Source: an uncultured Spirochaetota bacterium (GTDB lineage Bacteria; Spirochaetota; Brevinematia; Brevinematales; JAOACQ01). Taken from it: a stretch of 64,000 nucleotides of DNA. Position numbers and translations under genes: made by a program. The notes under the pieces are model-generated. The model saw nothing but the letters and a program-made list of their open reading frames with translations. It made no database searches and was not told the origin of the DNA. This document shows positions 50,892 to 60,841 of this stretch, piece after piece (the stretch's first letter is position 1; the number at the start of each line of letters is the position of its first letter). The stretch lies in contig CAWAOD010000013.1 in the NCBI GenBank assembly GCA_963783575.1, positions 64,001 to 128,000 of the forward strand, written 5' to 3'.

Positions 50892-51356
50892 ATGATTGGA
50901 AACGGATTTATCATTACATTGCTGATATTTTTACCGAACATTTTGTTTTTATTATTTAAACCCGTTGAAATTCCGGAAGATTCTTCAAAAAAAACAGGAC
51001 TTTATAATTTTATGACTGCCATCGAATGGATAGGACGGGCGGGAGTTTTGATCTTACCCTTTTTCTATTCTTTCAGATTAATAAATCCCATCAGCTTGTT
51101 TGCATTGTTTTTATTTATAATATTTTTAATTTTTTATTATGCAGGATGGATGCGCTATATTATTTACGGTAGAAAATACAAATTATTATTTGCCCCGTTA
51201 TTTCTGAATATTCCCGTCCCGATGGCCATCTGCCCGGTTTTAGCATTTTTTGCAGGGTCAATTATTCTTGCTTCCTGGCCGCTTGGCGTTGCAAACATTT
51301 TTCTGGGAGTAGGCCATATTTACATCAGTTATACAGATTTTAAAAGAATAAAATGA
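50892..51356 (+). CDS. Hypothetical membrane protein
   Basis: 4-5 hydrophobic helices. Confidence 0.65.
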   Translation: MIGNGFIITLLIFLPNILFLLFKPVEIPEDSSKKTGLYNFMTAIEWIGRAGVLILPFFYSFRLINPISLFALFLFIIFLIFYYAGWMRYIIYGRKYKLLFAPLFLNIPVPMAICPVLAFFAGSIILASWPLGVANIFLGVGHIYISYTDFKRIK

Positions 51357-51373
51357 CAAATTCCTAAGAAAAA

Positions 51374-51400
51374 ATGGGCAAGCCCATAAAACCTGCCCAT
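51374..51400. terminator. Probable terminator hairpin between convergent genes
   Basis: ATGGGCA...TGCCCAT inverted repeat flanked by A/T tracts. Confidence 0.5.
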
Positions 51401-51438
51401 AATTTTAATAATGATAATCTGAAAAATTTCAGTCTCTT

Positions 51439-54120
51439 TTATTTATACTCGATTCGGTCTATATACCAGTCTGTATAATTAACGATACCATCGCTTATAA
51501 ATTGAAATCGGATTGTATCTCCGCTTACCGAACCTGATGCCATGTTACCGAGATTACCTGTATACGAGTAAAGATGATTCCCGAATGAATCATTAATGTA
51601 AAAATAATTCCAATAATCTCCGATATAGAAAGTAGAAAAATGCAGCCGGACTTGAGTAACACCAGGAATTGTGACAGTATAACTAATATTGCAGCAAGAA
51701 GGGTAATTTTGTGAACTAATATTTGTTAGTATTGCTGACCAGCCAACATCTAATGTTGTGAATTGATAATTCGTAGATACAAGGCTTTCTTCATATTGGT
51801 TTGTTGATTTTATTTGATAAAAGTAAGTTGTGGAAGGGATTAGTCCGGAATCCGTATAATTAGTTAACGGGGTATTGTAAATTAACTGGAACGGTCCCGA
51901 TTGTGATAATGCATGATAAACGTTATATCCATTTGCTCCTGCAACCGGATCCCAGCTTAACACTATGCTGTTTGAGGTAATATTTCCGACAGAAATATTA
52001 GTTGGAGCCAGAAGAGAGTATATTTTTACACAATCTACCCATCCGCAACCAGTATTATCAAAATCGTAATCTTTATATATCCATCTGATTGTATGATAAC
52101 CGTATTGTAAATAGAAATTTGTATAAGACCAATTATTTTCACCACCTATAGAATCGATGGCATTGCCATCTATCCAAATTGATAAAGCAGCATAAATACC
52201 ACAAGATACTTTCCAGTAGAATGAAATACCGCAGCCCGTAAAAGATGTTTCAATATAACTGGATTGACCTTTAACATTACGTAAAGAACTGTTTCCAGAA
52301 ATAAAATTACTATAATCAATTATCCAATTAGTTGAACCTCCTGAATCCCATAATGACTTCGTATTGATATCCAATACATCGTTAAATATTCCATAATCAA
52401 ATAACGTATTAGTTGAAAGAATATCAGAAGAAATTGATTCCTCCTGATTGCCGACAGCCGTTACTTTATAATAGTATTTTGTCGCCGGTTTTAAGCCAAA
52501 ATTTATAAAAGAATTTCCTGTTGTGGTGACGATATTACTGAAAATTCCATATGATAGTTCGGATCTGTATATATGATATTCTTCCGCTCCATCAACCGGG
52601 TTCCAGAATATTGAAATGCTATTAGAAGTAATATTAGATAGGTAACAATTTGTTGGGTAAAATAATTGACTGAAATTTACGCCATCTAACCATCCGCAAT
52701 CGGAACCTGTATTTCCTCCATTATTAATATATTCCCAGTGTGCCGTATGGTTTCCATTATTAAATTTAAAATTTGTCCGGTTCCAATCTATATTCCCGTT
52801 TATTGATGCAAGTTTATTATTATCGATATAAAAGTTAAAATTATCACAACTCGCGCAGGATACTTTCCACCAGAAAGAAATTATACTGCCGGTAAAATTC
52901 ATTTCAATATAGTTGGAATGATCTAAATATTTATCATAACCGCTATTTAAAGAACAAGTACCATTTGCAAAATTAGAATAATCTATATTCCATGGTGAAA
53001 AAATATTAATGCTGGAAGCAATATTAGTACAATCGATGGCTTTTCCATACTGCAACTGCAATTGGTCAAATAAATCCTTTCTTATTGCGTACAAACCAAG
53101 TGATGAATCGGACAATCCGCATACTTCAATAATAATTCTTCCATTATTTGAGGGAACTATCAGACATGATGCTTTATCGTGAGAACTGATGTCTTTAAAA
53201 TAATATGAGCCTGAATTTTCATCATAAGCGCTGACTTTGATATCGGCCTTATACTTTCCTAAAGCGGAAGAGTAACAGTCCCAGGATATATAATTACTGA
53301 TTCCAGTCTGGGTATCGAAAAAGTAAACATTTGTAATATTGGAAATGATAGAACTAATTCTGTATACCCCATTGTCCGTAAGTCGGATTTTCCCTTCCTT
53401 TGTAAAAGTCCAGGTTTCCTTATCACCCTCTCCGTAGCTGTTAGTAGAGCTTATCCTGTAATAATAATCCTTTGCTTCCTGAATACCGTAATCAATATAA
53501 TCCGTGGCGGAAGTTGCACCGATTAATATGTATTGATCAAACATCATCATAGACCTGTATATTTTATAGCCGGTTGCTCCAGATACAGAAGTCCAGAATA
53601 AATGAACGGAATTATCGTTTGACGAATATTTTCCGGAAATGTTTTCAACATTCGGTAAAATTCTGTTAGTGTCATTTTTCCAGAAAGTTAGAAAGTTTAC
53701 AGAATTGGGAAATTTCCATCGCATAATCGTAGTATAACCTTGTCTTGTTATTTCATACATATAGTAATCCGCTCCTGTCTTTGAATTATCGAAGTCTCCC
53801 TCCTCCGCGGTTCCTGTAACGACAAGCTGGTTCCTCCCGGTAAAGCTGTATTTAAATCCGTTACCGTAAGTATTTCCCAGATACTTGAAGCTCCCGTTAC
53901 CGGAACTTAAAGTATATTCGTAACCTCCAAAAGTTGTTTCATCCGGTGTGCCTTCTCCAACCATTACCAGAAGCCAAGGACCGTCGATATAGTTTCCCGT
54001 ATGGTCGTTATTTGATTCCTGATTACCATTCTTATTCGAACCGGGTGAAATCGCGCAGCCTGAAATTAAGAACATTGTAAGAATAACAATTAAAATAAAA
54101 TATACTTTTTTCATTTTCAT
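51439..54120 (-). CDS. Large surface lipoprotein with three FN3 domains, two repeated beta-sandwich modules and a C-terminal CUB-like domain
   Basis: Lipobox LISGC; W..V.GA..Y.IYR..Y.Y FN3 repeats; ISF.WKVSC...H...W.Y...GW.D repeats; RLHF..F...F.SD. Confidence 0.75.
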   Translation of the reverse strand: MKMKKVYFILIVILTMFLISGCAISPGSNKNGNQESNNDHTGNYIDGPWLLVMVGEGTPDETTFGGYEYTLSSGNGSFKYLGNTYGNGFKYSFTGRNQLVVTGTAEEGDFDNSKTGADYYMYEITRQGYTTIMRWKFPNSVNFLTFWKNDTNRILPNVENISGKYSSNDNSVHLFWTSVSGATGYKIYRSMMMFDQYILIGATSATDYIDYGIQEAKDYYYRISSTNSYGEGDKETWTFTKEGKIRLTDNGVYRISSIISNITNVYFFDTQTGISNYISWDCYSSALGKYKADIKVSAYDENSGSYYFKDISSHDKASCLIVPSNNGRIIIEVCGLSDSSLGLYAIRKDLFDQLQLQYGKAIDCTNIASSINIFSPWNIDYSNFANGTCSLNSGYDKYLDHSNYIEMNFTGSIISFWWKVSCASCDNFNFYIDNNKLASINGNIDWNRTNFKFNNGNHTAHWEYINNGGNTGSDCGWLDGVNFSQLFYPTNCYLSNITSNSISIFWNPVDGAEEYHIYRSELSYGIFSNIVTTTGNSFINFGLKPATKYYYKVTAVGNQEESISSDILSTNTLFDYGIFNDVLDINTKSLWDSGGSTNWIIDYSNFISGNSSLRNVKGQSSYIETSFTGCGISFYWKVSCGIYAALSIWIDGNAIDSIGGENNWSYTNFYLQYGYHTIRWIYKDYDFDNTGCGWVDCVKIYSLLAPTNISVGNITSNSIVLSWDPVAGANGYNVYHALSQSGPFQLIYNTPLTNYTDSGLIPSTTYFYQIKSTNQYEESLVSTNYQFTTLDVGWSAILTNISSQNYPSCCNISYTVTIPGVTQVRLHFSTFYIGDYWNYFYINDSFGNHLYSYTGNLGNMASGSVSGDTIRFQFISDGIVNYTDWYIDRIEYK

Positions 54121-54128
54121 CTCCGATT

Positions 54129-55835
54129 TTAATGTACTGAAAAAGATATACTATCGCCTTTCGATCCTATATTTTCAATGGAATATGAAGCCTCGGCGGT
54201 ATCGTTATTGGTTGAAGGGTAGTAATAGGCTACCGGTGCGCTGTTAATGTTTAAAGAACTGTTGTTTCCGCTGAAATAAGGGTCGGTCGGATCACCGTAG
54301 GTATATGGAAGCCAGAGGTTGAAATTATTATCCGCCTCGACGATCTCGACTCCATGAGGCATGTCGAAAAAGCAGTCCACCATGTTCGATTGGATTGATT
54401 GGGCAGTGAGATACCTTTCATAAATAAAACTGATCAGGAGGCCGTCGCCGGGAAGGAATTCAGTCCATGTCCCGGATTTACGGACTTTATTTTCAATCAG
54501 AAGATATTGCTGAGTCCCATAAACCGGCACTTTTACGGCCCGATGACCGCTCTCAATATCCTTCAGGGAATAATGACTAACGGGCGAAGAGGAACTGGAA
54601 CTATCCGAGCCGGGACTGTTAGTGCAGGAAGTAAGTGGAATGGCGTTCAGAATCAAAAAACCGCAGAATAGCGAAGCCAGAATAATTGAATAACCCAGTG
54701 CAAAGGATTTCTTACGGACAACAAAAAAGAAGAAGGCCATTGTTAGAATCAAAGCTGGTATGATTAAAGGAATTTTTAGCTTTCCTTTTTTATTGAACAT
54801 TGGTTTATTATTGCTGTGGCCGGTCATACCATAGATATTTTTGACAAGCGTAGAATCGGCGGTATCGATTGAAATCCAGCCAAGGTATACTTTTTCCCAG
54901 GCAAGAAGCGGCGCCGGCATTTCACCGTTATTCTGCGGGCCTAACCAGGCACCAGAAGACATTAAGCTCCAATCACCTACTCCGGAAGTTTCGTAGCTTA
55001 CATCATATAGGTCAGGCAGTCCCAATTTATGGCCGAATTCATGCGCGAACACCCCGATACCTGAATCCCCGGCAGCAAATGTGAATTCCGGTTCTATCGT
55101 GAATCCGTTGATTGTTTTGCCGTTGTAAACCCTTGGGCCTGAGCCGTCATTTAGATTAGTCGCTTTATCAAGGTCCCAGCTCTGGGACCAGATCGCGTTA
55201 TCCTGTAAGCCGATCTCTTCACCCGGGCCGGAATGTATAATCATTACCGTTTCCACAATACCGTCGCCGTCATTATCGTAAGGTGTGAAATTAATACCGT
55301 TCGAAGCCGCCAGATCGACTGCCTCGCCGGCAAGTTCGGCCGGATGAGCATCGTATGTAACACTATAACTATTTCCGTTGATATTTGTCGTCATTGTTGA
55401 GTTTGCTCCGTAATAAACAGAAGGCTTACTAACGGTATAAGGGCCGACGACGGTGAAATTCAGGTTCAAAAGATTCTGCGACATATCCTGATAATATTTT
55501 TTAACTGACACAGAGTTGTCGGCATTCAGCAGGTTACTATAAAACTGTACTGTAGAAATTGCATCGAGAGGCAAGTCAGGATATTGGGTCAGAATGACAA
55601 GGACATTGCAATTTCCATGTGATGGGAATGTACTCCGGGCAGGTGATTCCAGTTGGGACATTATTGAAGAACGAAATCCGCCACGCATAGCTTTCTGGTG
55701 TAAACCAGCTTTTATCAGTTTAATTAGCCTCGGATGTGGTGGCATTGAAAATATTTGTCCGGCTGTATAAAATATAATGATAAGCATAGTAATTATAAAC
55801 AAAAAACTTTTTCTTAACATAAGCATGGCCTCCAA
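54129..55835 (-). CDS. M6-family (immune inhibitor A-like) metalloprotease with internal membrane hairpin
   Basis: YDNDGDG, IHSG.GEE, IWS, HEFGHKLGLPDLYD, WSLMSSGAW, LGW. Confidence 0.88.
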   Translation of the reverse strand: MEAMLMLRKSFLFIITMLIIIFYTAGQIFSMPPHPRLIKLIKAGLHQKAMRGGFRSSIMSQLESPARSTFPSHGNCNVLVILTQYPDLPLDAISTVQFYSNLLNADNSVSVKKYYQDMSQNLLNLNFTVVGPYTVSKPSVYYGANSTMTTNINGNSYSVTYDAHPAELAGEAVDLAASNGINFTPYDNDGDGIVETVMIIHSGPGEEIGLQDNAIWSQSWDLDKATNLNDGSGPRVYNGKTINGFTIEPEFTFAAGDSGIGVFAHEFGHKLGLPDLYDVSYETSGVGDWSLMSSGAWLGPQNNGEMPAPLLAWEKVYLGWISIDTADSTLVKNIYGMTGHSNNKPMFNKKGKLKIPLIIPALILTMAFFFFVVRKKSFALGYSIILASLFCGFLILNAIPLTSCTNSPGSDSSSSSSPVSHYSLKDIESGHRAVKVPVYGTQQYLLIENKVRKSGTWTEFLPGDGLLISFIYERYLTAQSIQSNMVDCFFDMPHGVEIVEADNNFNLWLPYTYGDPTDPYFSGNNSSLNINSAPVAYYYPSTNNDTAEASYSIENIGSKGDSISFSVH

Positions 55836-55943
55836 AAAATTAATTAATATTAATTTCTAATTTTATTATATTTAGAAACTAAAGCAATCAAATTTTGAGT
55901 AAATAAATATTTGCATTATTTATTATAACATAATTTAGGTTTT

Positions 55944-55972
55944 TTTATATCACCCATGATGGGTGATATAAA
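55944..55972. promoter_or_regulatory. Perfect 14-bp inverted repeat, putative operator
   Basis: TTTATATCACCCAT-G-ATGGGTGATATAAA. Confidence 0.65.
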
Positions 55973-56300
55973 GATTTATAAATCTGATTTTATTTATATC
56001 AGTTATGAAGATTATAAAAGAATAAAATGACAGATCCAAAATCCATCAATAATATAAATACTCGAATATTTTGATAATTTTGAAATATAATTATTTATTG
56101 ATTTATCTTTATTGTTAATTTAAAATTCTTGGTAAGATTGTAAAAATTTTATTAACACAAAATTCACGAAGAACACTATGCACATGATGTTGATAAATTG
56201 TTACCTATTATTATAAAATAGGGTGTAAAAAACCAGCTTTATGATCTTTGTTAATTTTGTATAAATATCATTCATTTATAAATAATGTGGGAGGTACTTT

Positions 56301-56843
56301 ATGGCTATGTTTAAAACATTGGCGCCAGGTGTGGAAGTTAATGGGGAGACAGTTCTATCGATTGTAAACAGAATGGGGATTTTTAAGAAACAGGCTTATG
56401 AAATCCTGCGTAAAAATGGAATCGTCGATCCTAAACCCGGACAATGGTATTCTCAACAATCATGGTTGAATGCCTTTAAAACAATATCAGATGAATTGGG
56501 GCAGGCTACTTTATCAATAATCGGAAAAAAAATTCCCGATAACGCTCAGTGGCCGCCGGAAGTCGACAATATTGAAAAAGCTCTTGGGTCAATCGATGTT
56601 GCTTATCATATGAATCATAGAAACGGAGAGATTGGGCATTATAAATTTGAGAAAGTCGGAGACCGCGAATTTAAAATTACCTGTAATAATCCATACCCAT
56701 GTGATTTTGATAAAGGATTAATAGAAGCTGTTGCCCTGAAATTTAAACCGGCTGATGTTATAGGCCTTCGGGTCAAGCACGATGATTCTAAGCCATGCCG
56801 TAAAAAAGGCCATGATTCTTGCACTTATATTGTAACCTGGTAA
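56301..56843 (+). CDS. Stand-alone V4R/H-NOX-like small-molecule-binding protein
   Basis: WY..Q.WL, Y.MNHR.G.IG.Y, NPYPC.FD.G, CR..G.DSC.Y...W. Confidence 0.65.
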   Translation: MAMFKTLAPGVEVNGETVLSIVNRMGIFKKQAYEILRKNGIVDPKPGQWYSQQSWLNAFKTISDELGQATLSIIGKKIPDNAQWPPEVDNIEKALGSIDVAYHMNHRNGEIGHYKFEKVGDREFKITCNNPYPCDFDKGLIEAVALKFKPADVIGLRVKHDDSKPCRKKGHDSCTYIVTW

Positions 56844-56898
56844 TTTCTTTTAATAAAGATCATCGAGGCAGAGCCTCGAGGTATTAAAAGGGAGTTTT

Positions 56899-57522
56899 AT
56901 GGAAATCGATAAAACAAATTTAAATGCTGAAAAATGGAGCAGAAGGTCACTGAATTATGATAATAGGAAATTCGGCTATTTCCGTTATATGCAGAAGAAA
57001 ACAATTTATGCGACCGGATTAAAAGAGGGCGATATTTTCCTGGATATCGGCTGCGGAACCGGTTGGGCTGTGCTTTATGCTTCTACAATAGTTAAAGAAA
57101 GCGGCTTTTGTTATGGGATTGACATTTCACACGCTATGATTGAAAAAGCGAATGAAAAAGCCGGAAATTATAAAAATGTTAAATTCCAGGAAGCGGGTTC
57201 TGAAAACCTTCCCTTTGAAGATAATTTTTTCAATACAATAATATGCACCAATTCTTTTCATCATTACCCGCATCCTGAAAAAGCCGTTATTGAGATGAAC
57301 CGGGTATTGAAAAATTATGGGAGAGTATATATTGCTGATGTCACTGCCGATAGTTTTATTACCCGCTGGGCTGACCGGTATACAGCTAAAAAAGAAAAAG
57401 AACATGTGAAATTTTACAGTACCGATGAATTTTCGTTATTTTTTAATAATGCCGGGTTATATTATCTTGAGAGTAGGCGGCTTACAGGGCCGATCAAAAT
57501 TCATACCGGAGAAAAACGATAA
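56899..57522 (+). CDS. Class I SAM-dependent methyltransferase
   Basis: LDIGCGTG, GIDIS, LPFED, SFHHY. Confidence 0.9.
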   Translation: MEIDKTNLNAEKWSRRSLNYDNRKFGYFRYMQKKTIYATGLKEGDIFLDIGCGTGWAVLYASTIVKESGFCYGIDISHAMIEKANEKAGNYKNVKFQEAGSENLPFEDNFFNTIICTNSFHHYPHPEKAVIEMNRVLKNYGRVYIADVTADSFITRWADRYTAKKEKEHVKFYSTDEFSLFFNNAGLYYLESRRLTGPIKIHTGEKR

Positions 57523-57569
57523 AAAAGGGCATCTTCATAAAAAATTACTTTTTATTGATGCCCTTTTTT
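57521..57569. terminator. Bidirectional terminator
   Basis: AAAAAAGGGCATC...GATGCCCTTTTTT between convergent genes. Confidence 0.75.
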
Positions 57570-57600
57570 TATTATGCACTCAGGCGGTATGATTAGCTGG

Positions 57601-58059
57601 TCACTTTTTTTCTTCCTGTTTTGGTTCTTCGCTCTGATGTTTTCTTTCCAGGTAGTTTTCAAATGCGGCTTTTCCTTCTTCTCTCCAATAGTCCCTGTAA
57701 TATTTCCACTGCCTATAGCCGCCTTTTATCCGCCAATCATCTCCACTGCCCCAATCCCAGTCATTTTCCCAGTCACCGGGTCTGCGGTAATATTCCATCC
57801 TTTTCCAATGCCTATGATTCCCGCCATGTCCGAATGAACCGAAAATCAGCCTCGCAAGCAGGATTATTCCGAACCCCTGCCAGTAATCAATCTTTCCAAG
57901 ATTAAATAAGGCCGGCATTAACCAGTTCCATAAAAGCTGAACAAAATAACCGAAGACAAAAGCCAGCACCACCGCGCTGACGAGTGCAATAACTACTCCT
58001 GCTGCTATTCCCCAGCCTTTATGCCAGAACCTCCAGTGATTATGATTATGGTAATTCAT
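57601..58059 (-). CDS. Membrane protein co-transcribed with the ECF sigma factor
   Basis: LLWNWLMP.LF.L..I.YWQ..G...LARLIFG motif. Confidence 0.7.
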   Translation of the reverse strand: MNYHNHNHWRFWHKGWGIAAGVVIALVSAVVLAFVFGYFVQLLWNWLMPALFNLGKIDYWQGFGIILLARLIFGSFGHGGNHRHWKRMEYYRRPGDWENDWDWGSGDDWRIKGGYRQWKYYRDYWREEGKAAFENYLERKHQSEEPKQEEKK

Positions 58060-58111
58060 AAATAACCTCCTATTTTAGAATAATTACATGAATTTCAATT
58101 TATTTTCAACA

Positions 58112-58684
58112 CTAATCAAAATGTTCTTTTTTTAAATCTGTTAATTCTTCCCTTAATGCAAGAACAGCCCTATGTTTCTGCGCCAGAAGGGTACCGATGG
58201 GCTTCTGCCAGAAGACTGACAGTTCATCAAAGCTGTAATTCTCAATTTCCGTTGCGATCCAGATTGCTTTTTGCTCTGGTTTTAGATGATCTACAGCCTT
58301 AAATATCCTGTCGAAAATCTCTTTTTTTTCTGCCTCACTATGAGTGTCGTATCTGGTATCGGCCAGAATATCAGCTAATGTATTTCCGCCCATTTCATCA
58401 AGAGCATCCTCAAAATATACAGGTTTTTCCTTTATTTTCCGGTAATAATCTACAATCCTGTTTTTAATGGATCTGTAAATATAGGCCAGTATATTTCCGA
58501 TCGGCATTGCAGGATCAAGGTTATCATAAACGGAAAGCATAACATCCTGGATAATATCCTCGGCATCCCTTTCCCCTGCATCCTTCAGCCACTTTCTTAC
58601 ATAATTGATCAATTTGGGATGCTCCGATTGAAAAACCCGGGTTAGTTGTAATGCCTGAGATTCTGCTGTATTTTGGACTTCCAT
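58112..58684 (-). CDS. ECF-family RNA polymerase sigma factor
   Basis: DAEDIIQDV, region 2 Y...KNRIVDYYR, region 4 PIGTLLA.KHRA. Confidence 0.9.
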   Translation of the reverse strand: MEVQNTAESQALQLTRVFQSEHPKLINYVRKWLKDAGERDAEDIIQDVMLSVYDNLDPAMPIGNILAYIYRSIKNRIVDYYRKIKEKPVYFEDALDEMGGNTLADILADTRYDTHSEAEKKEIFDRIFKAVDHLKPEQKAIWIATEIENYSFDELSVFWQKPIGTLLAQKHRAVLALREELTDLKKEHFD

Positions 58685-58703
58685 ATTTCCTCACCTATTA
58701 TTT

Positions 58704-58732
58704 ATGACGGTAGTAATTGTTTTTTTATTTCA
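58704..58732 (-). promoter_or_regulatory. Putative autoregulatory ECF promoter
   Basis: Minus strand TGAAAT-N17-CGTCAT just upstream of the sigma gene. Confidence 0.5.
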
Positions 58733-58862
58733 AAATTATTAAAAATATTTTTAATAATATGTAAAGAAGTAAAATCAATAATAATTAATTTCTATCATAA
58801 AGACAAAATATCATTCGGCAGCTGATTCTGATATTAAATAATTCTCTTTGATATAAAATAGA

Positions 58863-58891
58863 TTGAAGCATATTTTTCAATATGTTATAAT
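58863..58891 (+). promoter_or_regulatory. Sigma70-type promoter with extended -10
   Basis: TTGAAG-N17-TATAAT with TGn. Confidence 0.6.
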
Positions 58892-58953
58892 AGTTAATAT
58901 CCTTGTTTTTATTTACTGCCGGAAGTAGCCTAAATAAAATTTTTGGATGGATT

Positions 58954-60828
58954 ATGATTTTACTTGCATTACTTTTTTTATGCGTATGTATTATTTATCT
59001 GGAAATGGGAATATATGCGATATCATTGAACCCAAAATCCTTATTAAACAGGTTATTTTTAATTCTGTGTATATTTTTTTCGATATGGTCTTTTGATAAT
59101 GTTTTATTTAATATTATAAAAGAAAAAGATAAAATGATGTTTTTTCACAGTATGTTTGCTTTTAGCTGGTGTATATATCCGGGAATATCACTCCATCTGG
59201 CACTCATTTTAACAAAAAAAAATAATTTACTGAAAAAATGGCTGATATATCCCGCCATTTATCTGCCCGGCCTGCTGTTTACAATTCAGGAAATTGTTAA
59301 GGACAGGATTGTCAGTGATTTCATACCATATCAATACGGCTGGAAAGCTATTTATGATCTTAATTCGGCCTGGTATTGGTCTTATCAGATTTATTACTTT
59401 ATGTATGTTTTTATTGCTATTGTAATCGCCGGTTTATGGGGCAGAAAGAGCCCTTCATTAAGGGAAAAAAAACAGACAAGAATAATTATTTTATGCACTT
59501 CTATCAGTCTTTTCCTTGCTTTTACAATAGATTCTTTACTGCCTAATTTAAACATCAGGTTTTTACCGCCTTTAAACACATTTTTTATACTTATATGGTG
59601 TTATGGAATTTGGTACGCGATTGTAAAATATAAACTTATGTATTTGACGCCTGAAATCGCTACCGAAGAAATTATATCAAAGATGATGGACCTGCTTTTC
59701 TTTATTAATCCCGAAACATCAATTACAAGAATAAATAAGCAAGCTGAAATTTTACTTGGTTATAAAGATTCGGAATTATATAACACGTCAATAATAGATT
59801 TATTGAAAGACAAGCAGCTATTTTCCGGAGAATTTATAAAAATGAAAAGCCTGAAAAATTATGAAATAAAGCAGGAAAATTATTTAAAGACAAAGGGAGG
59901 AGGACTTATTCCAGTTGAAATTCTTTGTTCGGCTCTTAAAGACGAAGCCGGTGAAATTCTCGGCGCGGTCGTTGTTGTTCATGACCTCATTCAGATGAAA
60001 CAATTGATTAAAGAAGTCCAGGAAAGGAAGAAAGCCGAGGAAGATTTGACTAAAGCACTTATTAATCTGAAAACACGAAATGATATCATGGAAAACGACC
60101 TTTTTATGGCCAGAAAAATCCAGCAGCAATTTATTCCTTCGGTAAGTCCGGCTCCGAATATAGCATTTTATTATAAACCGACGGAAAGCGTCGGTGGGGA
60201 TTTTTATGATTTTATAAAATTCGATGAACCTGATAAATACGGTATATTTTTAAGCGATGTATCAGGTCATGGTGTTCCGGCAGCATTTATCACATCAATG
60301 ATCAAGAGTTTTTTACTGCAGGCCGGCGGCATAAAAAATGATCCCGCAGAATTGTTAAAAAACCTGAATGACCACCTCAGGGGCCAGGTCGGCGGTAACT
60401 TTATTACGGCTTTTTACGGAGTATTTGATGAAGCGGATAAATCAATGCTTTATGCAAGCGCCGGGCACAATTCACCGTATATAATAACAGGCAATTCCAT
60501 TACAGTATTGGAAACAAAATATAAGGGAATCCCGCTTGCCATACTAAGCGATCCAGAGATGTCAAATATTAATAAAATATATAAAAATAATTCAATCCGC
60601 TTTGAAAAAGGCAGTAAAATCATTTTGTATACCGATGGAATTATAGAAGCTGTAAATATCAATAATGACGTTATTAATTTTGAGGACAACAGCATTATAG
60701 ATGTATTTCTGAGTTTTAAAGAACTTAAGCCAAAGGATTTTGTTTTGAATGTTTATATGCGGCTTGTTGAATTCAGGGGAAGCGATAAATTCGAAGACGA
60801 CATCTGCCTTATCTGTGCTCAGTGCTGA
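58954..60828 (+). CDS. 7TM (HisKA_7TM-like)-PAS-PP2C (SpoIIE/RsbU-like) phosphatase
   Basis: About 7 TM helices, PAS, GGDFYD, DVSGHGVPAA, YTDG, DDI. Confidence 0.88.
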   Translation: MILLALLFLCVCIIYLEMGIYAISLNPKSLLNRLFLILCIFFSIWSFDNVLFNIIKEKDKMMFFHSMFAFSWCIYPGISLHLALILTKKNNLLKKWLIYPAIYLPGLLFTIQEIVKDRIVSDFIPYQYGWKAIYDLNSAWYWSYQIYYFMYVFIAIVIAGLWGRKSPSLREKKQTRIIILCTSISLFLAFTIDSLLPNLNIRFLPPLNTFFILIWCYGIWYAIVKYKLMYLTPEIATEEIISKMMDLLFFINPETSITRINKQAEILLGYKDSELYNTSIIDLLKDKQLFSGEFIKMKSLKNYEIKQENYLKTKGGGLIPVEILCSALKDEAGEILGAVVVVHDLIQMKQLIKEVQERKKAEEDLTKALINLKTRNDIMENDLFMARKIQQQFIPSVSPAPNIAFYYKPTESVGGDFYDFIKFDEPDKYGIFLSDVSGHGVPAAFITSMIKSFLLQAGGIKNDPAELLKNLNDHLRGQVGGNFITAFYGVFDEADKSMLYASAGHNSPYIITGNSITVLETKYKGIPLAILSDPEMSNINKIYKNNSIRFEKGSKIILYTDGIIEAVNINNDVINFEDNSIIDVFLSFKELKPKDFVLNVYMRLVEFRGSDKFEDDICLICAQC

Positions 60829-60841
60829 GCTTAAAAATCTA

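Noticed and set aside
56863..56879. TCGAGGC-AGA-GCCTCGA hairpin as terminator
   Set aside because: No U-tract follows; may be a small REP-like or stabilising hairpin, too little evidence to call
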